Assembly (NCBI GenBank): GCA_010093995.1
Contig: ML992503.1
Span: 1,479,234 to 1,543,233, forward strand
Direction of reading: 5' to 3'
Source: Elsinoe ampelina
Taxonomy: Eukaryota
Length of the DNA: 64,000 nucleotides
Under the pieces are notes generated by a model. The model was not told where the DNA came from. It worked only from the letters and a program-made list of their open reading frames with translations, and searched no databases. Shown here piece by piece: positions 36,730-46,600 of this stretch. Every line of letters starts with the position of its first letter. Position 1 is the stretch's first letter. Both the position numbers and the translations under genes were made by a program.

Positions 36730-38340
36730 ATGCCGCTACCTTCTTAGGCACCTTTTTGCAAATATAAAGGCTCTAATTACGTAGTTAAATATAGACACCT
36801 CGCTAAGTGTCCTATTTGCTATAAGACTAATCTAAACTATTAATAAGTAAGTATAGCATTAACGCTAGAAGAGCCTTAGTGCTAACCTATATAGGCTAGT
36901 CTATCTCGCGCACTATCTAGTAGTCTAACTCGCGCGCTATCTTAGACTAACATAGACTAACTCGTAATTATAGCGGCGAATATAAAGCAATCTACAGCGC
37001 TAGCGCTAACCGTATATAGTAGTCTCTCGACTAAAGCTAATATAGCAAGGCGTGCTAGATACTAGAAGGGCAAAAAGGCTAAAGGCGTAGTAGCACAATT
37101 ACTACATATAGAATCTTTACTAGTCTCTTAGCGTTTGTATAAAGACTTGCTAAACAATTTACCTAACGAAGAAACTCCTAAAGGACTAAAGGCTAATAAA
37201 GAGCAAAGGATTAGACTTTACCTCTATAGCCTAATAATCGAGATAGAGTATAAGCTTAAGTATAGCATGCCTTATAAGAAGATTGTCTCTTAGCTAGAGC
37301 TAACTAAGTAGACGGACTAGATTACACTATTAGAGTTTAATACCGAATTACTAGAGAGTAACTACTAAAGAACGTTCTTCTTATTAAATTTAGTCTATAG
37401 TTACTGCCCTAATTCTACTATCTACGATCTAGAAATAGTAATACTACGCTTTACGAAGCGCTATTTTGCACTAATAGAGGACAATAAGGCTATACCTATT
37501 GCCGATAACGTCTTCTAGTAGCCGAGTATCTAGAAGATATTAGTTAGCCTCCTACGTAAGCTAAAATCGAAGTATACTACTATCGAGCATCTCCTTTATA
37601 TTATAATTAAATAAGCTAAGGACGACAAGTTAAAGGAACAGTAGAAGTATATAGAGTATCTATAGAGAGGGTTAGGATCTCCGAGTTACGCTATAAACGC
37701 TAATATAAACATAACAATATTCCTAGCTATAAATACTAAAGCGAATATTAAGGCTAATTCGTAGAATAAAAATCTTTTTATAGAGGACACTAACTTCTTG
37801 TTTTTGAATACTTCTAACGACATTAACGTTAAGCCGGAACCCTTATTAGTTAACAATAAGATTAAGGCCTTAATCGAGAAGTGCACATAGTAAGTTTTAG
37901 TAGCTAGGGCAAAGGGGAAGGAGAAGTAGCCTAGCTAGCTCGTTAACGGCAAGGAGACTATCGACCTTATAGAGTCTTTACTAGCCGCACCTACTGCCGC
38001 CGTGCTAGCTCTACTACTAGAGACTCTACGCTTCTAGCTTTGTACTAGGAGCCTTCTTATAAGTATACTAACTAGCATAGTTAGTAGTGTTAAGTCATTA
38101 ACTACATAGGACAATCTCTTTAACTTAGATAGTACTACCGAGCCTCTACTACCTTTTAACACCCCTTGGCAGCCATAGCGTATAGTGCTAAGTAAGGAGA
38201 CCCTTAGTAGGCTAATAAACTTACTACATAGCTCTCTCTTTAAAGCTAAGTTATCTATAGGATTAGAGTAAAGAATTAAGACTAAGGCAACCTCTAAGGA
38301 GCATTAAGAATAGCACAAGCAAGTTAACAAGCCTAAGTAA
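36730..38340 (+). pseudogene. ORF2 of copy A: unknown protein of about 500 aa with Cys/His N-terminus, RIP-mutated; 3' end approximate
   Basis: ATG 36730 (50812 in copy B), FC..HLAKCPIC, intron about 36847-36894, then a long frame whose stops in the part I translated are all TAG/TAA. Confidence 0.6.
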
Positions 38341-38499
38341 TTATATTAACCTTAAATACATAAGCAAACACGAAGTAATTACTTAGTTAAGGCTAGTAAG
38401 TGTTAAAAGACTATAGTTAATTTAACTAACTACACTCTCCGTAGTTATACTAGCTATAAGGCTAAAAGGCCTTATAAGTCTATACTAGGGTTATAGGCT

Positions 38500-39800
38500 T
38501 GCCTAAAAGGGTAAGGCGTAGTTTGACACCCTATATATATACTTCTTCTTACTAATAATTCTCTTCTAGTAAAAAACCTCTTTATAGAGAGGAGAGAGAA
38601 AGAGAGAGAAGGTAAGAGCCTCCTACGTAGCGGAGAGTATAAGCACTCTCTACTACATCCTACTATCTTACTATTAGGGTAGTAGGGTAGAGAGGGGAGA
38701 TACGAGAGGGAGTAGGGGTAGGGGTAGTAGTAGGGGTAGAGTTAGGGGTAAAGGTATTAGTTAGAGGTATACGAATTAGACAGTGCAAGTTAGATAGTAG
38801 TAGAACAGTTTATAGTACAAGCTAGATAGGTAGTAGACTAGTTTATAGTGTAAGCTAGACAGCAGTATACGAGTTAGACAGTAGTAACGAGTTAGATAGT
38901 AGTACGAGCTAGACGGTAGTAACAAGTTAGACAGCGGTATACGAGTTAGACAGTGTAAGGTAGATAGTGCAAGTAGGATCGCTAGTAGTTCGCTAAGTAA
39001 TTCGTAGTACATATAGTTACAATTTAATATTAACTAGAGAAGGCGATACAAAGGGGGTAAAATTATAGTCTATAAACTCTAGAAGAATATATAGGTATTA
39101 TGTTTGCTACTAGTTTATAGGCCTGTTTACAAGTTCTATAATTCTATCCCTTAGCTACTATAGCTTAGCCTTAGTAGCGAGCGTATTATTCTCTAGCGCC
39201 TCTACTCTCTACTTAAGCTCCTTAATATAGCCCGTAGTTACTAGCTTCTAATTCTCTAGCTCCTCCTTTATAAGCTAAGAGGCATACCCCTAGCAATAGT
39301 AGCGGCGGCAGTATGTATATAACTTAAACGGCTTATTAAGGAAGCAAGTACATAGCTCGTTTACCTTTATACACTATTCGTAGGCGTGTTTACTAATGCT
39401 ACCTTCGTCTATCTCTATAATACGGCTAATAGCGTCGTATATACGGAGCGTTATGAAGTTCTTACTACGCTTATTACCGCTAGTCTCGTAGGTATTAACG
39501 AGCTTAAACTAGTTTAACTCGGAGATAAACTAAAATCTAGCTAGATTCTTAGTCTTAGGGTAGTAGTATAAGTATGTAATAGGGTAGCTATACGAATCAG
39601 TAGCGAACACTAGCCTAAGGAGCTATAAAGACATATATGGCCTTAGAGTTGCTAGTTGTTTCCTTAGAGGTATCGGAGGTATAGGGATCGTTATTAATTA
39701 TAGCATCTAGCGCTTATAGATTGTATCTTCTAGAAGGCGAAGTTAGTAGCGAACTAGCTGCGAACATGCTATAATACATACTTAGTAGAAGTTGCTTTAG
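38500..39800 (-). pseudogene. ORF3 of copy A: Zn2Cys6-like cluster + coiled coil + repetitive tail, RIP-mutated; ends approximate
   Basis: 39382-39284 de-RIPs to CEQC-x6-C-x10-CTYC-x7-C, followed by heptads IKELKQRVEALENNTLATKAKLQQLRDRI; minus-strand intron signals near 39590-39640 and 39730-39780. Confidence 0.6.
38770..38975. repeat. Degenerate 14-21 bp tandem repeats (GAGTTAGACAGYAGTA-like) inside the transposon
   Basis: About 10 copies of agttagac/agctagac cores; also present at about 52855-53055 in copy B. Confidence 0.8.
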
Positions 39801-40319
39801 TGGTGTTAGCTATAGTAAATATTTAATTAAATTTAACAGGGTCGTAATAGTATAGTAGAGTTCTAATTAAACTATATAGTAACTATAAGCTTATATATAT
39901 TAAAGCTGCTATCATTGTTGCTAGTTTAAATAGTAACAATGGTGACAATAGTAATAATATAAAGACCTAAAAGCGGCAAGGAATAATAAACACCTACTAG
40001 ATTAAGCCTTACTCTTAGTAGCTTAAATAGAGGACAATAGAGATCTATTCTAACAGTATTTATAGTGCATTTGCCGCCGTAGTTGTATAATGTAGGCAAT
40101 ATTAAGGTGTTAGAGGTAGGAGTGCTAGCGGAGTACTAAGCACCTCGCTACCTAGCCGCTATAACACGCACTAATTACGCTAGTACTAAAATTAGCTCAA
40201 AAAAAATACTTAAAGTTAGAGGATGATAGAATAGATTAATCTAATCAATTTACTGTTAATTGTATATCAATATTGACAGAATTAAGGGAGTTAGAGGCCT
40301 CCAAACTTTGATGATTTAG

Positions 40320-40380
40320 GGATTTAAGTGTTTTAATGGTTTTGACGGTTTTGGCGGAAGCTACCGTATGCACGACCGTC
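40320..40380. repeat. Right TIR with about four 9-bp subterminal units
   Basis: gatttaagt gttttaatg gttttgacg gttttggcg gaagctaccgtatgcacgaccgtc; the same at about 54402-54462. Confidence 0.9.
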
Positions 40381-40467
40381 GCTTGACGCCGATCCGCCGA
40401 CCTCACGGCGCTCCCGTCCATGCTCGCTTCAACTGTTGCCCCCCTTCCCACATTTACTGCCTACATC

Positions 40468-40793
40468 ATGTCTTCAGGTAGTCCAAACAAGGCCAATGAG
40501 GTGAGGCGAGTCTTCTTCTTGTTCTGACGATGCTGACATGCGTGATCAGGGAACCGACTCTGCCCCCGCCGAGTTGACTGCTGTGGTCGAGGATCTTCTC
40601 AACCAACTCACAAACAAATTCTCTACCGTATCGTCTGAGATGCTATCCAAAAGTACTATGTGTTGCTCCATTTGGTCAAGGCTATCGTTGACGGTGATCA
40701 GTGGACGACATGTCCAAGCGACTAGACAACCTAGAAGCTATCATTCAGCAGAGCACCAATCAAAGCACAAACGAAGACGCCAAATCATCGTGA
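40468..40793 (+). CDS. Heat shock factor binding protein 1 (HSBP1) family, 3 exons
   Basis: ELTAVVEDLLNQLTNKFSTVSSEMLSK|MDDMSKRLDNLEA. Confidence 0.88.
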
Positions 40794-40885
40794 TCATTCA
40801 TTATGTGGCGCCATGATGGCTGAAATCCCAAGCTGGGACGACGTCAAATCCTGGGGTATCAAAAGTAAACTAGTGTCGTGACGAT

Positions 40886-42364
40886 CTAATATCGTCTTAC
40901 GATAGGCGCTGGAAAACCTCTACCACCAATCTCTTGAATCCTCTTCATCAATCGGTTCACTGGCTGACCCGGTGCTTCCATGCGCTTCACGAGCTGCATC
41001 CGGAGCTCTGCATCTTCGTCGTTGACGTGGACTCGGTAGTGCCCCTTGATCAACTTCTGGGAAGCTGGATCTGAGGCTGCATAGACTTTGTGCATGCATC
41101 CATCGAGCGGACATGACCAGGTGTCCCCTTCGCCGTTACCAGCCGTGTGCTCCTTTCGCAGCCGAACGGGTATGCTGCTCCCAAGACCGTTGAGATTCGG
41201 GATCATCAACTCTGAACTGTCTTCGCTCTCCTCGGAATCGTCATGACCCATGTCAATGCCTTCATCAACTACCTCTGCGCCGGCAGTCACATCGCCATCC
41301 TGCTTCGACACCAAGTCGCTAGCACGTCGAGCGCCCAACCGAATCTTGACAGGTGGTAGTTTCCGCTCCGGTCGTCGGTCAGACTGCGGCAGATCGGCAA
41401 GCTCGTCTACATTGTCATCCTCGGCTTCGATGGGAATGAACGTCGTCGATTTTGGTCTGAGGACTGATTTGCCCTTGTTTCCACGCGGCCGCTTCCCAGG
41501 TCGTTCGCTCTCGTCACTGTCGTGTGGCGTCTCTGTGCGGGGCGTCGAAGGTTCGTCCCTGGCCATCCGCCCTCTGCTTTTACCCGACCGTACCGACTCC
41601 CCCCTCTCCGATGGCTTGTCGTGATCGTCCCTCTTCCTTTTCGTGCCCGCCTTTGACCTTACTTTACCACCCTGCAATTGATTCTTCACGTCGTCAACAT
41701 CGTCTGGAAACGTTTCCACCAGCCACTCCCAGATCCCTGTCTTCTCCCATTCCACCTCCTCCTTCCCCTGAATCATGCTCTTGATCAAGAACCCTCTATG
41801 CTTAACAAACACGTTCCTCCCGATCTCCTCCCCAGCCAGCTGATTCGCCTGCGCATATCCCGCAAACACCTCCTCTGCACTCACATCACCACGCCGCCTT
41901 TTCCCCTTTCGACTTTTCGTCTCATTCACCCGACTATACACGTCCGCAGCGTAATATAGCGCCTCGATCGCCTCAATCATCGCATCGTAGATAGCCTTGT
42001 ACGCCCTCGACGGCCGCACAGTGAACCACCCCGCCTTGCCTGCGGCCCAAAGATCTATTCGTCCATCATCGTACTGCCCGTACGCGAACTGCCGCACCTG
42101 CGCAAGCTCAATCAGCTCCGCGCCGCCGGGTCGGATGCGCAGGTGTGCCAGATCGCGCGGGACCGAAGGCAGTTTGGCGCGGAGGAGGAGAGGGGCGTGG
42201 ATGTCGGCTGTGAGCAGGGAGGTGAAGGATGCTGGGTCGAAGGAGGCGCTGTCTCCCGGGAAGACTTCGACGGAGGAGAGCGTGAGGATGGGCCAGTCGT
42301 CGCTTGGGGTGGAGGGGTCGACGGGGCGGAGGAGCTGGGGTTCGGGGGTGAAGGCGGAGGCCAT
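40886..42364 (-). CDS. Putative RFTS (DNMT1 replication foci) domain + C-terminal zinc finger protein, Raf2/DIM-7-like
   Basis: DDWPILTLSSVEV, QFAYGQYDDGRIDLWAAGKAGWFTVRPSRAYKAIYDAM resemble the fungal RFTS domain; C-terminal WSCPLDGC...HYRVH; intact 492-aa ORF. Confidence 0.7.
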   Translation of the reverse strand: MASAFTPEPQLLRPVDPSTPSDDWPILTLSSVEVFPGDSASFDPASFTSLLTADIHAPLLLRAKLPSVPRDLAHLRIRPGGAELIELAQVRQFAYGQYDDGRIDLWAAGKAGWFTVRPSRAYKAIYDAMIEAIEALYYAADVYSRVNETKSRKGKRRRGDVSAEEVFAGYAQANQLAGEEIGRNVFVKHRGFLIKSMIQGKEEVEWEKTGIWEWLVETFPDDVDDVKNQLQGGKVRSKAGTKRKRDDHDKPSERGESVRSGKSRGRMARDEPSTPRTETPHDSDESERPGKRPRGNKGKSVLRPKSTTFIPIEAEDDNVDELADLPQSDRRPERKLPPVKIRLGARRASDLVSKQDGDVTAGAEVVDEGIDMGHDDSEESEDSSELMIPNLNGLGSSIPVRLRKEHTAGNGEGDTWSCPLDGCMHKVYAASDPASQKLIKGHYRVHVNDEDAELRMQLVKRMEAPGQPVNRLMKRIQEIGGRGFPAPIVRRY

Positions 42365-43497
42365 GGTTGGTCGTTCCGAAAGGCTTTGGCGAGACAGGAG
42401 AACGGCAGGTATTGATGGGATTCTCACGACATGGCAGAAATGGCAGCGTGAGTAGCAATGCCCTAGTTTCGCAGAGATGAATGCTCGAGTCAAAGGTGGT
42501 GAGTGAAACGCGAGAGTTGCGGCTCATTCCATCCCGCGCCCTTGACGCGCTTGTCTCGATCACCGTCATGCATACGGTAGCTTCCGCCAAAACAGTCAAA
42601 ACAGTCAAAACGCTTAAAACCATCAAAACGCTCAAACCCAGCATTTGCTATTACACCACCTCCCCGCGCACTACCTATACCACTTATTGCAATGATTCTT
42701 ATTGCAATCGACAGCTCTTATAACGCTCTATTGTTTGATGTAAGTATTATTCTCTTATTGTATACCTTTAGTTTTTTGTGGCTTGGCGCCGGTATAAAAG
42801 CTAGATGCACTAGTTTTCTATACCTTCCTTCCTATTACCCCCTAACATACTACACCACTTGATATAGCTTTACAATCCGCTATAATCGAGGTAGATAGGC
42901 CTCTTATTAAGTACTAGTTACTACATAAGTGCTATAATTAGCCTAAAGTACTCTAGAGGCTATTAAGGCGTAGTTACACCCTATTACTTAGAACGCTCTA
43001 GCGCCTCTTATAAGGCTAGTAGCTCTCTACCTACCCTAAGGCACTAGTTAACTCCGAGGCTCTCTACTATAGCATTAAGGAGCTATTCTAGCTACGTATT
43101 AGCTAGTAAGAGACGCTAGAGGTACTAAAAGAGTAAGGCTTTAATATATTATTAGGGACGCTAAAGCGCCTACGTAAAGAGTTAGGCCTTATCTATTAGA
43201 TTAATCGAGAAGAGGACAAGGTTAAGTATAAGCGAATATAGTAGCTACTATAAAGTAAATACAACGCTAGTAATATTAAGAATTAGAGCCTTAGCTACCT
43301 TTACACCTATATAAGGCAGAAGTATAGAATTGTTAGGAGGTAATACATGTTTGTAATGCGTTTACTAGTTAGTTTACTAACTCTAACCTAGTCGGCGCCT
43401 TTACTACGCTATAATTGTAATTAATCCCTTAGTGTTCTAGATTCGTAGTAACTAGTAGTCTACTAGTTATAGCGTGTAAGACGTGCTAGAGCTAAAC

Positions 43498-43699
43498 TGA
43501 TTACGACTAGCAAGATAGAAGGTTAATTACGTCTATTCGTTAAGATATTAAGAGTTAGAAGAAGAAGAAGAAAGCTAGTCTATAAAGTACATAAGATATC
43601 GAGAGTAGAGCGGCTAGAAGCCTAGGCCGCGAGCTAAGATCACGTGACCTCTCCGACCTAGATACTAACTAAATCCAGTTCGTAATTTATCTTGTATCA
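43498..43699 (-). repeat. 3' LTR of the Gypsy element
   Basis: TGAT...ATCA termini; polypurine tract on the minus strand immediately inside (plus-strand ctaccccccctct, 43700-43712). Confidence 0.95.
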
Positions 43700-46600
43700 C
43701 TACCCCCCCTCTTAATCGCGTTTACCCTTAAACACTATTATATAGATTAGTTAATCTACCTCGGACGAGGTTTATCTATATAAGAGTCTAGATAGTTATA
43801 TAGCACGTTAGCTACTCCTTTTAGATTATTAATTAGGTACTATGTTAGATCTTCTAGATAACCTTTCTAGCTTACTCGAGTAACTAGTCTATTCCGTAGC
43901 TTTCTTATGTCTATAACATTATTAACCTCGTACTTCTCCTTACCTTTAATAGCTACTAGTAGAGGCTCCTCGAAGGCTTATCCTAGTAAGGAGTTATTAG
44001 AGTGTTTAGTAAGTAGGTCGGCATAGAACATAGAGTAGATACGTTATAGTGCCTAAGGGAGCTCTAGCTTATATAAGAGCGCTAAGCGCTTCTCTAGAAT
44101 CTTATAAGGTCTAACCCTCTTTAGTAGTAGCTTAGAGTTCCCTTAAAGCCGGAGGTTCTTTGTCGATAACTATACTCTATTACTAGCTTCGAACTCCGTA
44201 GAAAGACGCCGCTTGTTTACTTATTTAACTATACGTAATTAAGCCTTTACGAGGTTTACCTTAGCGATCTTATAAGTGTCCTCTATCTACTTAGCTAGTG
44301 CGCGGATACTAGCTTTGTTTAGCTTAGCTCGTGTTAATATAGGCTCTACAGGAGGCTAGAAGCTTAGCCTCGGGTTATATCCCTTTATAACTTAGAATAG
44401 TAATAGTTTAGTACTCTCCGAAGAGTTAATATTAGTAGAGAACTTAGCCATCGGAAGGATTAGTAGCCAGTTTACGTATCGATAGCTATAGGTGCGAATA
44501 ACTCGCTTAAAATTGCAATTAGAAACCTCTAACTAGCCGTCTATCTAGGGGTATATAGTAGTAGACAGTTTAGCCGTGACCTTTAGGATCTAGTAGAGTC
44601 TCTTCTATACGTCGCTTACGAATTAGAGGCCTCGATCCGAAGTGATAGTATTAGGTAGACTATAAAGCTTCTATACGTATAAGAATAACAACTTAGCTGT
44701 CTTATACGCTAAGGTGCCTTCGTCTCTAGAGAAGTAGGGGATAAAGTGGCGCTCTTTAGATAGACAGTTAACTACGTAGAGGATAGTATTATAGCCGTCC
44801 ACAAGCGGTAAACTAGTAACGAAGTCTATTGTAATATGCTACTAAGGCTTTTCTAGTATCGGGAGTAGCAAGAGGAGGCTAGCTAGGAGGCTATAGCGAG
44901 CTTTAGAACGCTTATAGTTGTAGCAGTTAGCGACGAACCTTTTAATATTAGTGTTATACTCTAGGATATAGAAGGTGGATTTAATTATAGCTACGGTTTT
45001 AGCGGCTCTAGCGTGTATATAGTCCTTTAAGGTGTAAACTTCTTAAATAACCTTCGTAGCTATCGATAGTAGCACGAATAGTCGACCGGCAACCTAAAGC
45101 ATTCCGTTGTTAATCGCAATATCGGTCGATAGTAACTATTTCCGCTTAGGGAAGGCTCTTGTTATATAGTGGATGCTACGAGCTAACTTAAACTCTAGGT
45201 CTCTTAGGTTAGCTTTAGCTACCTCGTTAAAAAGGGGAGAAGGTAGTTTGTCCTTTAAGGTCGAGATAGAAGCGAGATAGTTATCTAATCTAGTAGCCGA
45301 AATAGATGTCGAACTAGGTAGTAAACTACGTACTAAACTAGATCGCGAATTAGATTCTAGTTCAGTAGTTAAACTAAGCTTGCTTATTTTTAGTTCGGCT
45401 TAAGCTAGTAATCTACCTTAGATACGACCTAGTTCTAATTCGTTAACGATGCGCTAGTCTAGGACTCTATATAGTAGCAGGGTTTAGCGTAGATTAGGGT
45501 CTTCCTTCGAGCGTAGCACGTTACTATTCCTTCTTATAAGTGCGTTAGCTTTGCTATTAGCAGCTCTAGGTCGATATATTATCTTAAAGTTAAACTGTGC
45601 TAGATAGAGAGCCTAGCGTACTTAGCGGCGTAATAGCTTCTAAGTCCTTATAAAGTGCATTAGAGACTAATAGTTAGTAAGGACGTAAATAGTCTTATTA
45701 GGCTAAGCACTTATAAGCTTAGGGGCCTATTCCTCGAAGGCTTAGACGATAGCTAGTAGCTCCTTATCGTAGATAGTATAGTTGCGTTCGGCTTCGCTTA
45801 TAGATTTACTAAAGAAGGTAATAGAGCGGAGTACATTAGAATCGTCGTACTAGGATAGAATACTAGTAGTAGTAGTGTCCGAAGCGTTAGTTTCGAGTAC
45901 TATCTACTTTAAGTAGTCGAAGTGCGCGAGAATCGAAGCACTAGTTATAGTATGCTTTATGTAGTTAAAAGCAGCAGTATACTTATTACTCTAGGGTACG
46001 GCGTCCTTCTTAAGTAGGTCGTTTAGCGGCTTAGCGATAGTACTAAATCCCTTAATAAAGTAGCGATAATAGCTGTAGAAGCTAATAAAGCTCCTAACTT
46101 AAGTAGTATTACTAGGGGCTAGCTACTTCTAGGCTTTAATAGCTTCTACCTTCTTAGGGTCTATCTAGATTCTATCTCGGCTAACAATAATACCGAGGTA
46201 CTTTACTTCCGTTAGGTAGAACTTGCTCTTCTTAATGTTAGTATTAAGGCCTAATTCGTAGAGTTGTTAGAGTACTAGCTTAATGTACTTAGCGTGCTCT
46301 CGGCAAGTGCTATCGGTGTAGATAAGAATGTCGTCAAGGTAGATCGACATAAAGCGCTCTAGTATATTAATGAAGTTATAATTTATAAATCTCTACTATA
46401 TAGCTAGGGCATTAGTGAGGCCGAAAGGCATTACTAGCTATTTGAAGTTGCCTATACATATAGAGAACGTAGTAAGATCTTTATAGTCGATAGAGTTATA
46501 GAGGTAGTAAAAGGCTTAATAGATGTCGATCTTACTAAACTACTTAGCCTTACTAACGCGAGTAAGCGTCTCTTTAATAAGTAGCAGCGGGTAGATATCT

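Larger units (their letters stand above)
34702..40380 (+). mobile_element. TIR DNA transposon, copy A (5,679 bp), RIP-inactivated, DDE transposase plus two accessory genes
   Basis: TIRs CACCGTCATGCATACGGTAGCTTCCGCCAAAAC / GTTTTGGCGGAAGCTACCGTATGCACGACCGTC; 5-bp TSD GCTTG at 34697-34701 and 40381-40385; TpA-rich interior; colinear with copy B. Confidence 0.95.

Noticed and set aside
37686..37886. Small hydrophobic ORFs in the AT-rich block (also 51768-51968, 38776-39012, 46867-47112)
   Set aside because: RIP by-products: antisense to ORF2, or residual fragments of ORF3 and Gypsy pol.
42553..42562. 10-bp direct repeat GTCTCGATCA at both ends of copy B, suggesting a longer TSD or site-specific recombination
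   Set aside because: Copy A fixes the termini as CACC...CGTC and has no such extended match, so the extra identity is chance similarity of the target to the ends.
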